A stretch of DNA of 64,000 bases from an uncultured Alphaproteobacteria bacterium (GCA_944389345.1 CALXMA010000001.1:1623-65622); one strand, 5' to 3'. Shown: positions 1 to 9,165, counted from the first letter of the stretch. The notes: generated by a model from the letters alone, not told the origin. Program-made: numbers and translations.

Positions 1-1
1 G

Positions 2-166
2 AATATCATATTGGTCGTGCCAACTGTTATCGTTGGATATTACGGTATGAATATGCAATTGCCGTTTGCCGAATATGCCCAGACCGCAACAGTAATATTT
101 GTGCTGATAATGATATTGTTGTTGGGGTTTGCGTTGTTCAGTTTAATAAGACGTCGCGTCGTGTAA
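2..166 (+). CDS. corA: CorA-family Mg2+/Co2+ transporter, C-terminal end (5' part outside window)
   Basis: Frame-2 translation ...VIVGYYGMNMQLPFAEY...LIRRRVV* has the CorA YGMN signature followed by a final TM helix; TAA at 164-166. Confidence 0.7.
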   Translation, partial: NIILVVPTVIVGYYGMNMQLPFAEYAQTATVIFVLIMILLLGFALFSLIRRRVV

Positions 167-194
167 AAAAAATCGCCGTGGTGGCGATTTTTTA
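165..194. terminator. bidirectional intrinsic terminator between convergent corA and adk
   Basis: A-run, stem atcgcc/ggcgat (172-177/183-188), T-run. Confidence 0.6.
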
Positions 195-746
195 TTGTCC
201 CAATGCGGTTAGAATATTTTTGAAATTTTCGTCCACAGGACCAGATACATCAACGTCCGAGAACCGTATACCCGGTGCCGTTCGCAACCATTCAATCGCA
301 GGCATCGTTTCTTGGAAAAATAAATCCAGACGTTTGCGTACGGCGTTTGTGTCCGCGTCGTCGGCACGACCACCGCCGTCTTGGATGCGTTTTTGAATCC
401 GTTGAATCATAATTTCGGCCGGTACGTTTAAGTATAATACGTGGATATTAAATTTGTTCGCGTATGTTTTTACCAACCATTGTGCCTGGGCCAGGGTGCG
501 CGGAAATCCGTCCAGCAGGCAATCGCGTTGTGTGTCCATATTATTGGCAACAATTTCCGTCAGCATTTCAAACGGCAACAGTTCGCCACGTTGCATAATG
601 TCCGCGATTTTTTTGTTTGTCTTGGCAGATTCGCGCAGAATATTGCCGGTTTCTATGTATTTATAGTCGTGGCGTTCGCGTAGCATGCGCGCAAATGTGC
701 CCTTGCCCACGCCTTGGCCACCCATCAGGATGATTATGTCTTTCAT
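192..746 (-). CDS. adk: adenylate kinase (short form without LID insertion)
   Basis: MKDIIILMGGQGVGKGT P-loop, LLDGFPRT motif, RADDADTNAVRKRL; ATG at 746 chosen over the upstream extension in the ORF track. Confidence 0.85.
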   Translation of the reverse strand: MKDIIILMGGQGVGKGTFARMLRERHDYKYIETGNILRESAKTNKKIADIMQRGELLPFEMLTEIVANNMDTQRDCLLDGFPRTLAQAQWLVKTYANKFNIHVLYLNVPAEIMIQRIQKRIQDGGGRADDADTNAVRKRLDLFFQETMPAIEWLRTAPGIRFSDVDVSGPVDENFKNILTALGQ

Positions 747-821
747 GTGGTGTATTTTAGCATAAAAAACAGAACCCGACAAGCGCCGGATTCCGTTTTT
801 TCAGATAAATATGAATTTATC

Positions 822-2543
822 TTATTTTTTGCTGTTTTCAATCGCAGCACCCAGAATGTCGCCCAGGACAGAACCACTGTCGGCCTGGTTCGCGTATTCT
901 TTGACCGCCTGTTTTTCCAGCGTTACCTGTAACGCACGGATAGACAGTTTGACAACGTTGTTGTCAACGGATACAACAGATGCTTCGACTGTGTCGCCAA
1001 CCTTGAACTTGTTGGTATCCTGTTCGGATTTTTCACGCGACAGGTCTGTGCGACGAATAACACCGCGGATGTCATTCGGCAATGCCAAAATCAATTCGTC
1101 CGGTGTGATTTCGGATACAGTACCAGAAACAACCGCGCCCTTCTTTAACGATGCGCTGTTGTTTTCCGCGCTTTCCGTCAGTTGTTTGATACCCAACGTA
1201 ATGCGTTCTTTTTCCGGATTGATGTCCAGAATCTTGGCGGTGACTTCTTGGCCACGGACGAATTTCTTTAATTCTTCTTCGTCCAATTTGTTCCAAGACA
1301 GGTCGGAAATGTGGACCATACCGTCCAATTCCGGTGTCAATGCCACGAACAGACCGAATTCAGTCGTGTTCTTAATCGGGCCGGTGATAACATCGCCAAC
1401 GTTGTGGGTTTCTGCAAACTGTTTCCATGGATTTGGTTGCAGTTGTTTATAGCCCAACGAAATACGGCGTTTTTCTTGGTCGATGCCCAACACGACAACA
1501 TTAACATCTTGGCCAACTTGTAAAACTTTGCTGGGGTGGATGTTTTTGTTTGTCCATGACAATTCAGACATGTGGACCAGGCCTTCGATATTATTGCCCA
1601 GGTCAATGAATGCACCATAGTCTGTCAAAGAAGATACCTTGCCAGATACTGTGTCGCCAACGTTGAACGCGCGAGATGCATTTTCCCATGGGTCTTCTTC
1701 CAGTTGTTTTGCACCCAACGAAATACGATGAGATTCTGGGTCGAACTGGATAACTTTGACCTTTATTTTCTGGCCAACGTGCACCAATTCACGTGGGTGA
1801 TTAACACGTTTCCAAGACAAATCTGTTACGTGCAACAAACCGTCAATTCCGCCCAGGTCAACAAACACACCGTAATCAGTAATGTTTTTAACAGTACCTT
1901 CGATAACCGCACCCAGCGAGATGTTCTTCATCGCTTCTTTTTGGGCGGCGGCGATTGTGTCAGCCTGAATCGCGCGACGTGATACGATTGCGTTTGTACG
2001 CAATGCGTCCATTTTCAGTACACGGAATTTATCTTTTAATCCAATCAAAGATTTTGGATCGCGAACCGGTTTGTGATCAACCTGGGACGATGGCATAAAT
2101 GCAAATACGCCATTGATGTCGACAGTGTATCCGCCACGAACAACGTCGATAATTGTACCTTCGGGATCGATGCCTTCGGCAACGGTCTTTTCCAGTTCTT
2201 TCCATGCCTTTTCGGCGCGTGCCTTGGTATAGGACAGAACGGCGGTACCTTCGCGGGATTCATAGCGTTCGACAAAAACGTCAATGATGTCGCCCACAGA
2301 TGGAACAGATGCACCAAATTCTTTTAATGGAACGCGACCTTCGGATTTCAGACCAACATCAACAATCGCGAAATCACCGCGAATGTCTTTGACGGTACCC
2401 TTGGTGGCATAGCCTTGCAGGGTTTCCTGTTTGCCATAGTCGCTGTTAAACATCTGGACAAAATCTTCGCCAGATATTGGATTGTATAAATCTTTGGATA
2501 AATCTTTCATAAAGAAATTTTCATACAAAGTTGGCCGTCGCAT
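822..2543 (-). CDS. rpsA: 30S ribosomal protein S1
   Basis: 573-aa ORF with six repeated S1/OB motifs (G..v.G.V..i..fGaFVdl.gi.GLlH.S..sW); alternative ATG at 2510. Confidence 0.95.
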   Translation of the reverse strand: MRRPTLYENFFMKDLSKDLYNPISGEDFVQMFNSDYGKQETLQGYATKGTVKDIRGDFAIVDVGLKSEGRVPLKEFGASVPSVGDIIDVFVERYESREGTAVLSYTKARAEKAWKELEKTVAEGIDPEGTIIDVVRGGYTVDINGVFAFMPSSQVDHKPVRDPKSLIGLKDKFRVLKMDALRTNAIVSRRAIQADTIAAAQKEAMKNISLGAVIEGTVKNITDYGVFVDLGGIDGLLHVTDLSWKRVNHPRELVHVGQKIKVKVIQFDPESHRISLGAKQLEEDPWENASRAFNVGDTVSGKVSSLTDYGAFIDLGNNIEGLVHMSELSWTNKNIHPSKVLQVGQDVNVVVLGIDQEKRRISLGYKQLQPNPWKQFAETHNVGDVITGPIKNTTEFGLFVALTPELDGMVHISDLSWNKLDEEELKKFVRGQEVTAKILDINPEKERITLGIKQLTESAENNSASLKKGAVVSGTVSEITPDELILALPNDIRGVIRRTDLSREKSEQDTNKFKVGDTVEASVVSVDNNVVKLSIRALQVTLEKQAVKEYANQADSGSVLGDILGAAIENSKK

Positions 2544-2680
2544 ATATCTATGAAAAATGCGAGGACTTGTGGGGTTAATCGGATTCGCCCTGCGCCCACC
2601 CGCAGAACTGTGCCGATTATATATGAAAAATTTAGAAAAAGCAAGAAATTATCAAAAATACAAAACGCTGAACGAGATGC

Positions 2681-2709
2681 TTGACAAAAATATATTTTGT
2701 GATTATAAT
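2681..2709 (+). promoter_or_regulatory. consensus sigma70-type promoter for the 2746 gene
   Basis: TTGACA (2681-2686), 17-nt spacer, TATAAT (2704-2709). Confidence 0.6.
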
Positions 2710-2745
2710 GCAGTGTGTATAGTTTAAGCATATAAAGGCAGGATT

Positions 2746-3171
2746 ATGAAATACAATATCGGACGTATTACAAGTGCAACAAAATACGGTGCCCTGGGTG
2801 CCGGGTGTTTGGGATTGGGTACGGCATTGCTGGTCCCGGTTTTGGGCGTGTTGGCGCATATCGGCGGCGGAACGTTGACTGATGCCAGTTTGCAGAATTA
2901 TTCTTTGAAGAATCGATTTGAAACCGCGTATTCGTTTAATACACCAGAAGAACACAAATCGTATTACTATACTATGGATGCGATTTATCCAGATGAATAT
3001 CACAAAACGTATTATCTGGCGTCGCCATACGCGACATACGGTGTAATTGCGTTGGGTGGATTGGCCGGATTGTTGTTGGGTGGCCGTATAGGTTTGAACG
3101 AGGCCAAATCACGTGAAGAAGAAGCGCGCACCGCACGTATTGCGCGTGATATGCAACAGAAATTGCGCTAA
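2746..3171 (+). CDS. hypothetical membrane protein (two Gly-rich hydrophobic segments, charged C-terminus)
   Basis: ATG with AAAGGCAGG upstream; hydrophobic stretches GALGAGCLGLGTALLVPVLGVLA and GVIALGGLAGLLLGG; consensus promoter upstream and terminator downstream. Confidence 0.55.
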   Translation: MKYNIGRITSATKYGALGAGCLGLGTALLVPVLGVLAHIGGGTLTDASLQNYSLKNRFETAYSFNTPEEHKSYYYTMDAIYPDEYHKTYYLASPYATYGVIALGGLAGLLLGGRIGLNEAKSREEEARTARIARDMQQKLR

Positions 3172-3188
3172 TCATTAATAAGGCAAAT

Positions 3189-3219
3189 AAAAAAAACGCC
3201 CAAAACGGGCGTTTTTTTT
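3189..3219. terminator. bidirectional intrinsic terminator
   Basis: A-run, stem cgccc/gggcg (3197-3201/3207-3211), T-run, between convergent genes. Confidence 0.7.
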
Positions 3220-3700
3220 ATTTTGTACGCTGTAAATTTGCAATCAGTTTGTCTTGTTCCGTGCGTTGCATACGCAAAAATGCGTCCAGTGGTATGCCGT
3301 GCGCCGGAGAGTTATGGTACACATGTAAAACTTCTGATTCATACAGACGTCGTGGGGCCAGAATATTCCCGTTTTCGTCAACAATTTTATGTAATTGGTC
3401 TGTGTTTAATGACCACGCCAAATCCATAACCAGGCCCGGGTTCAAAATCATTTCGTATACTTCGGCCGTTGGTGTGTATGGCAAATTGTATTTTTTGTGA
3501 ATATTGATATAGTTTGGCAATGTCTTGAACGTTTGGCCCGTGCGACTGTCGTATTCATAGAACTTGCCAGATTTTACATAGTCTTGGGCCGCCAAAGATG
3601 TGCGCAAGATTAAATCAGAATGTTTGGCAAAATAGTATGGGCATACCTGTTGCAATAACATTGAACGTAATTTGAAAATAGGTATTAATTCTTTGGTCAT
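3218..3700 (-). CDS. hypothetical protein
   Basis: ORF 3218..3745; ATG at 3700 (MTKELIPIF...) is preceded by AAAGG; no recognisable motif. Confidence 0.5.
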   Translation of the reverse strand: MTKELIPIFKLRSMLLQQVCPYYFAKHSDLILRTSLAAQDYVKSGKFYEYDSRTGQTFKTLPNYINIHKKYNLPYTPTAEVYEMILNPGLVMDLAWSLNTDQLHKIVDENGNILAPRRLYESEVLHVYHNSPAHGIPLDAFLRMQRTEQDKLIANLQRTK

Positions 3701-3775
3701 TTTTTTACCTTTACTGAATAAAACCGCATAATATATAGCACCCATTAAAAATAAGTCAATTATATTTTGTGTCGC

Positions 3776-3803
3776 ATAAAAAACGCCCCGTGGGGCGTTT
3801 TTA
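3776..3803. terminator. intrinsic terminator downstream of tig
   Basis: A-run, stem acgccc/gggcgt, T-run. Confidence 0.6.
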
Positions 3804-3810
3804 TTGTGGT

Positions 3811-5109
3811 TTACCGATTGGCCTGTTGGAACAATTCTTCGGGCTTTACGACCTTTTCTTTTGTTTTGACATGCGACAGCATCGCATCCAGTGCCTTGCG
3901 TTCAAAAATCATTCCACGCAACATAGCCAATGCGTTTTGATTCTTGTTATAGAATTCAAATACCTGTTTGGGGTCCGGATAGCGTGATGCTTCGGCCCAG
4001 ACGGCCTGTTGCAGGTCTTCACGTGTAACCTCTACGTGATTATGTGTGCCCCATTCCGCCAAAATCAGACCCAATTTAACGCGACGTTCGGCGTCTTTGC
4101 GTTCCTTTTTATCGTCCCATTTTTCGCCGTCGTTGTTGCCGTTGGCATGCGTGCGGTCGAATTCTTGTTTTGCCATGTTCAATTCTTGGTCAACCAAGAC
4201 GTCTGGCAAATCCAATTTTACTTTGTCGGCCAATACGTCCAACAATTCGTTGCGCATTTCACGCTTTGATGCGTCTTCGTATTGATCGTTCAAGACTTTG
4301 CGGATGTATTCGCGCAATTTTTCAACGGATTCATGACCAACAGATTTCGCCAATTCGTCGTTTAATTCCGGCAATTTGTGCTTGCGAACTTCGTGTACTT
4401 TGACCGCAAAGCGCGCATCGCGACCCGCCAAATTTTTCGCGTGATAATCCGCCGGGAATTTTACGTTTACGTCAAATTCATCACCGGATTTGTGGCCAAT
4501 AACCTGGTCTTCGAAGCCCGGAATAAATGCACCCGATCCCAGAACCAGGTGATGTTTTTCCGCGGATCCACCTTCGAATGCATCGTCGCCAATAAAGCCA
4601 CGGAAATCAATAACCGCCGTGTCGCCGTTTTGTGCAACATAGTCGGCGTCTTGTTTTTCCGCAGTACTGCGCGATTTGCGGATGTTTTCCAGTGATTTTT
4701 CAACCTCGGATTCATCCAATGTGGTGGTCTTTTTGGTGATTGTGAATTTTTCCAGGTCAATTTCTGGCAGTGTCGGTAAAATGTCGAATTCCAATGTGTA
4801 TTCGGCATCTTTGCCAATTTCCCAACCGGCCAAGTCGGCCTTGGGCGTGCCCGCCAGGCGCAATTTTTTGTCCGTGATATAGTCGTTCAAATCGCGGTTC
4901 ATTAATTTGTCGACCGCGTCTGACAATGCGGATGCGTTATATTTCTGGCGCAAAATAGACAATGGAATGTGTCCCGGACGGAACCCAGGCATTTTAACCT
5001 TTTTGCCGTATTCGATTAAGATTTCGTCGGCGGCGGTCTGTAATTCATCGGCCGAAATGACGCCGTTTACTGAATAGTGCAAATCTTTTATTTTTTCTTT
5101 TTTGAACAT
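3811..5109 (-). CDS. tig: trigger factor
   Basis: MFKKEK...VKMPGFRPGHIPLSILRQKY ribosome-binding signature and FKBP-like middle domain (GFIPGFEDQVIGHK); ATG at 5109. Confidence 0.95.
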   Translation of the reverse strand: MFKKEKIKDLHYSVNGVISADELQTAADEILIEYGKKVKMPGFRPGHIPLSILRQKYNASALSDAVDKLMNRDLNDYITDKKLRLAGTPKADLAGWEIGKDAEYTLEFDILPTLPEIDLEKFTITKKTTTLDESEVEKSLENIRKSRSTAEKQDADYVAQNGDTAVIDFRGFIGDDAFEGGSAEKHHLVLGSGAFIPGFEDQVIGHKSGDEFDVNVKFPADYHAKNLAGRDARFAVKVHEVRKHKLPELNDELAKSVGHESVEKLREYIRKVLNDQYEDASKREMRNELLDVLADKVKLDLPDVLVDQELNMAKQEFDRTHANGNNDGEKWDDKKERKDAERRVKLGLILAEWGTHNHVEVTREDLQQAVWAEASRYPDPKQVFEFYNKNQNALAMLRGMIFERKALDAMLSHVKTKEKVVKPEELFQQANR

Positions 5110-5231
5110 TGTATTTCCCCTAAGAATAAGCAAATTGCTGTGTGATTATACACAGTTTTTTTATAAACGCAATAATAAGTTGTTGGGTGGGGTGTCTTTT
5201 TTATTTGCTTGTGTTTGTTTTGTGGTGGGTA

Positions 5232-5482
5232 TATAATATTACCTGTCGACGGGTGTTCCGTTGATGGGGTGTGGAAACCTCGGTGATAGCGTCGTGGTAT
5301 TGATTATGGCGCGTGGATGCGCTGTTTTTATTATTGCGATGAAAAGTAAACTCCTGATTTTTGCGTCAGGAGGGTCGCGAAATATCAAATACGCGACACA
5401 ATTCTATCAATTGTTTCCAACCTCCTGACCACCAAGTAAAACTGGTGGTTTTTTCATTACGAAAAAATCAGGAGTACGAACA
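5232..5482 (+). promoter_or_regulatory. structured 5' leader copy 1 (promoter -10, multi-helix RNA, intrinsic terminator 5428-5454, RBS): candidate riboswitch/attenuator
   Basis: Alignable block by block with 42790-43016 and 53175-53379; P1 5246-5264, AGCGTCG 5288-5294, A/B/C elements 5351-5357/5365-5373/5421-5429, CAATTCT-N4-ATTGTT 5399-5415. Confidence 0.7.
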
Positions 5483-6031
5483 ATGAAAACAAAATTTATA
5501 TTACCCATCGGGGTATTTGCGATACTAACCACAATGCCCAACATCGCCCACGCATTGTCCAGCAGTATGACCCATTGCATGGAAACAGGCTTGGGACAGG
5601 CGAATTGCACCTGTGCCGGTGGAACCAACGCTGGTGCAAAGTGCTCAGTAGATTCGCAATGTCCCGGCAGTATATGCTCCAACAGTGGTGGCGGTATAAC
5701 GCCGCCCACGCCCACCATTTGCACCCCAGCAACCTGCAAACCGACCACAACCGGTTGGGGTTCATGCGGTGTTGGCGCCAATTCGTATGTCGAATGCGAA
5801 GCAACCGCCGAATGCAGGGGCAGTTTGTGTGTACGTGGCCAAAATTACCGTTGTGTTGCCGGCGCCTATGGCAACCCCAGCGCATCAAACAAAACCGCCT
5901 GTGCACCATGCCCATCGCCCGGAACATCGGCCGCGGGTTCGACCAGTCAATCTGATTGTTATATCCCGGCCGGAACCACCGGTTCGGACAGTACGGGCAC
6001 GTATAAATATACGGCCAATTGTTATTACTGA
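5483..6031 (+). CDS. secreted Cys-rich protein, family member 1 (ephrin-receptor-like/GCC2_GCC3-type CxxC repeat, conserved C-terminal module)
   Basis: Signal peptide MKTKFILPIGVFAILTTMPNIAHA; 17 Cys in the mature part; C-terminus CAPCPSPGTSAAGSTSQSDCYIPAGTTGSDSTGTYKYTANCYY shared with the 35294 and 43295 genes. Confidence 0.8.
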   Translation: MKTKFILPIGVFAILTTMPNIAHALSSSMTHCMETGLGQANCTCAGGTNAGAKCSVDSQCPGSICSNSGGGITPPTPTICTPATCKPTTTGWGSCGVGANSYVECEATAECRGSLCVRGQNYRCVAGAYGNPSASNKTACAPCPSPGTSAAGSTSQSDCYIPAGTTGSDSTGTYKYTANCYY

Positions 6032-6054
6032 CGCATTTCCCCCAAAAAAACATT

Positions 6055-6078
6055 CCCCCATTTTGGGGGATGTTTTTT
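6055..6078 (+). terminator. intrinsic terminator after the Cys-rich gene
   Basis: stem ccccc/ggggg (6055-6059/6065-6069) followed by a T-run. Confidence 0.6.
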
Positions 6079-6108
6079 ATTGCGTATATGGTGCACCATT
6101 TCCATAAA

Positions 6109-6137
6109 AAAATCCGCCAAACGGCGGATTTTTTTGT
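6109..6137. terminator. intrinsic terminator downstream of rpsI
   Basis: aaaaaaatccgccaaacggcggattttttt hairpin flanked by A and T runs. Confidence 0.65.
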
Positions 6138-6149
6138 GTTCGACACAGA

Positions 6150-6641
6150 TTAACGTTTGCTGAACTGGGTGGAACGACGCGCCTTGTGATGACCAAAGTG
6201 CTTACGTTCAACAACACGGCTGTCGCGTGTCAAGAATCCAGCAGACTTTAATGTCTTGCGTAAATCTGGTTCGGCCTTTTCCAATGCCTTGGAAATACCG
6301 TGTTTCACGGCGCCCGCCTGGCCCGACAGACCACCACCAGATACGATGGCGTGTACGTCGTATGCGGTTTCACGTTTTGTGATACCAAACGGTTGTGCAA
6401 TAATCATTTGCAACACCGGACGACGGAAATATTCCGCACATGGAATGCCGTTAACAATAATCTGGCCCTTGCCCGCAACCAGGTATACACGGGCAACGGA
6501 ATCTTTACGTTTGCCCGTGGCGTATGTCGCGTTAGACAATTTTACAGTTGCCACGGCCTTTTTCGCACTAGATTTTGCCGGGGCGGCACGTTTTGTTGTT
6601 TTTGTTGCTGTCTTGGTCGCAGTCTTTTTTGCTTCTGTCAT
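6150..6641 (-). CDS. rpsI: 30S ribosomal protein S9 with Lys/Ala/Thr-rich N-terminal extension
   Basis: [14 protein letters not shown]...[19 protein letters not shown]...[18 protein letters not shown]. Confidence 0.95.
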   Translation of the reverse strand: MTEAKKTATKTATKTTKRAAPAKSSAKKAVATVKLSNATYATGKRKDSVARVYLVAGKGQIIVNGIPCAEYFRRPVLQMIIAQPFGITKRETAYDVHAIVSGGGLSGQAGAVKHGISKALEKAEPDLRKTLKSAGFLTRDSRVVERKHFGHHKARRSTQFSKR

Positions 6642-7114
6642 TATTCGCCCCTTTTATTTTTGCGATTCAATTCCGCAAAGTTGATAACAATTGGGTTCTG
6701 GGCCGTGTGTTTGTGTTCAGCGCCCGCATACACGTGCAGTTTGGTCAAACGTTTGTTCGCCAATGCAACCGCCGTGCGACGTCCCATCATACGTTTTACC
6801 GCGTTGGTAACCAGTTTTTCAGGCTTTTCATTGCGCATTTGGCCCAATGTGCGTTCCTTGGTACTGCCCGTCCACAGGGAATGCCAAAAGAATTTTGTCT
6901 TGTCAGCCTTTTTCCCAGACAGTGCAACCCGGGCCGCGTTAATGATGATGACATGATCGCCACAGTCCATATTAGGCGTCCATGTCGGTTTATTCTTACC
7001 GCGCAAGATGTTTGCCGTATATGCCGCCAAACGACCCAGCGTGCAATCTGTTGCGTCAATCAGATACCATTTGGCGTCCAATTCGCATTTCTTTAACGAT
7101 TTTGTCGTTGCCAT
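6641..7114 (-). CDS. rplM: 50S ribosomal protein L13
   Basis: [46 protein letters not shown]; TAATG overlap with rpsI. Confidence 0.95.
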   Translation of the reverse strand: MATTKSLKKCELDAKWYLIDATDCTLGRLAAYTANILRGKNKPTWTPNMDCGDHVIIINAARVALSGKKADKTKFFWHSLWTGSTKERTLGQMRNEKPEKLVTNAVKRMMGRRTAVALANKRLTKLHVYAGAEHKHTAQNPIVINFAELNRKNKRGE

Positions 7115-7228
7115 GTTTTTTACCTTTGTTAAATTTTAGCGGGACAATTATGCCCCGCCGTACCAGAAAAGTCAAGAAAAATCGATACGGTATTATTATA
7201 CCGCAAAACATTGCCCTGTTCCAGTCAA

Positions 7229-8509
7229 CTAGATTGGCAATACAACGCGAACGCGCAGACCGCCCAAATCACTGTTTTCCAGGAACATTTGACCGCCGTG
7301 GTTTTCAATCGCCGTTTGGGCAATTGACAGCCCCAGTCCGGTTCCGCCTGTTTTTTCACTGCGTGATTCATCCAAGCGTATGAATGGGCGCATGGCGTCG
7401 GCCTTTTTATCGTCTGGGATTCCGGGACCGTCGTCTTCGATTATAACCTCTATCTGGTCAGGTGAATCGTGTTCACTGATACGGATTGTGTGTTTGGCAT
7501 AGCGCGATGCGTTTTCGATGATATTACCAAACGCACGGGCCAACGCCATTGGGCGCGCATAAAACTGGGCCGGTTCATTCGGAAAATCTGTTTGTATGTC
7601 TTTGTCCGGGGCGGAATCACGTGCAATACGCAACAGCATTGCGGGTAATTCCGTGGCCTGTTCTATTTCGGGCATTTCGCCACGCGCAAACGCCAGGTAT
7701 CCATTAACCATTTCGGTCATACGGTCAATGTCGCGCAGTAAGTCTTGGCGTGATATGGATTCTGTTTCCACCCCCAGGCGCATACGCGTCAGTGGCGCCT
7801 TTAAGTCATGACTGACCGCGTTTAACATATCTGTTCTGGTTCTGTTATAGCGGTTCAGGCGTTCTTTCATGGTAATCATTGCCGTTGCCGCTTCGCGGAT
7901 TTCTTTGGAGCCAGTCGGTTGGAACCCAGGCGCGTCCAGACCACGCCCAAAGCGTCCCGCGGCCTTGGCAATGCGACGAATACTGCGTGTGTGCATGATG
8001 ATAAACGGTGTAATCAAAATAGACACAATCAGTATCGAACCAATCAGCCAAATTATGAACACTTCGGTACTGGTGGAATAAATGCGGTACAGCGATGTTC
8101 CAAATGTCGCAATTTTCCCGTCCAGTGTCGGAATGTCCACGAATACCAGGCGTTTGCCTTTATCAATATAAATCTGGGCCGGGCGTTGTAATCTGTTGGA
8201 TAACGCGTTGGCCAATGGGCCCGCCATGCGTGATTCATTGTCGTTATGGGCCGGGCGATTTAATTTCGGGTTTACGGAAATGTTTACACCCATTTCACGC
8301 GCCATTTTCTGGGCAACATCAGAATTGCCTTCGTCCATGAAATTCATCATGGTTGATATATCAACGGCCAAACTGCGCGCCAGTGTCGCGTGTACACGTT
8401 CCCAGTGATTGCCAAAAAATACGTTCGCAATAATAACCTGGGCGATGATTAATGGTATTAAAATCATCAATATCGTGCGCCATAAAAAACTGCGTGGTAT
8501 TAATCTCAT
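7229..8509 (-). CDS. sensor histidine kinase (EnvZ-like, two TM segments)
   Basis: H-box AVSHDLKAPLTRM, N-box NIIENASRYA, DDGPGIP, GGTGLGLSIA. Confidence 0.9.
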   Translation of the reverse strand: MRLIPRSFLWRTILMILIPLIIAQVIIANVFFGNHWERVHATLARSLAVDISTMMNFMDEGNSDVAQKMAREMGVNISVNPKLNRPAHNDNESRMAGPLANALSNRLQRPAQIYIDKGKRLVFVDIPTLDGKIATFGTSLYRIYSTSTEVFIIWLIGSILIVSILITPFIIMHTRSIRRIAKAAGRFGRGLDAPGFQPTGSKEIREAATAMITMKERLNRYNRTRTDMLNAVSHDLKAPLTRMRLGVETESISRQDLLRDIDRMTEMVNGYLAFARGEMPEIEQATELPAMLLRIARDSAPDKDIQTDFPNEPAQFYARPMALARAFGNIIENASRYAKHTIRISEHDSPDQIEVIIEDDGPGIPDDKKADAMRPFIRLDESRSEKTGGTGLGLSIAQTAIENHGGQMFLENSDLGGLRVRVVLPI

Positions 8510-8511
8510 AT

Positions 8512-9165
8512 TTATTCACCGTCTTTGTTTTGCGGGGTCCGGATTTCAATCAATTTGTATCCGCGACCGCGTATTGTAATTATATCTATACCCGATAATA
8601 CTACATTTAATTTGTTGCGCAAGCGTTTTGCGACCATGGGCTGGGCCGGTACAACATTGCCCACAGGCATTGTCAGATTGTATAACAATTTCTTTTCTTC
8701 GCCCGATAATGCCAGAATTCGTGGCGTGCCATCCGGTGATGATACAAAAAATTCGTCGTCTGTGAATACCAGGCCGTCGGGCAATTTGTTCCCGGATGTT
8801 GTGTCGTGGCGTATGATGTTGTTCAGGCGCAATACCAGTTCACGCAACTGGAACGGCTTTGCCAGGTAATCGTTTGCCCCGCCCGACAGACCGTCTATGG
8901 CGTTTTCGGGGCCTGTCATCGCGGTCAGCATTATCGTGGGTGTTTGCAGTCCGGATTTTCGCATTTCGCGCAAAAATGTCAGGCCGTCTTTGCCGGTCAT
9001 CATTCTGTCCAGAACAATTGCGTCCACGGATATTCGCGACAGTATTTGTTCTGCGGATTCCGCAGATTGCGCCGTCAGCACGTCAAAGCCATTGTCGCGC
9101 AACCCGTTCGCCAACGTTTTGCGCAACATATCATCATCGTCAATAATTAAAACTGTTTTGTTCAT
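8512..9165 (-). CDS. response regulator, OmpR/winged-helix type
   Basis: Receiver motifs LIIDDDD...VLDRMMTGKDG...YLAKPF; C-terminal RGRGYKL wing; 2 nt upstream of the kinase gene. Confidence 0.9.
   Translation of the reverse strand: MNKTVLIIDDDDMLRKTLANGLRDNGFDVLTAQSAESAEQILSRISVDAIVLDRMMTGKDGLTFLREMRKSGLQTPTIMLTAMTGPENAIDGLSGGANDYLAKPFQLRELVLRLNNIIRHDTTSGNKLPDGLVFTDDEFFVSSPDGTPRILALSGEEKKLLYNLTMPVGNVVPAQPMVAKRLRNKLNVVLSGIDIITIRGRGYKLIEIRTPQNKDGE

Noticed and set aside
5264-5428. 54-codon ORF (MGCGNLGDS...) inside leader copy 1, considered as a leader peptide
   Set aside because: The equivalent ATG in copy 2 opens only an 8-codon frame. Copy 3 has none. What is conserved is base pairing, not coding potential.
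5496-6146. 216-aa minus-strand ORF and several plus-strand alternative frames over the Cys-rich gene
   Set aside because: Only the 5483..6031 frame has an RBS, a signal peptide and the C-terminal module shared with two paralogs.
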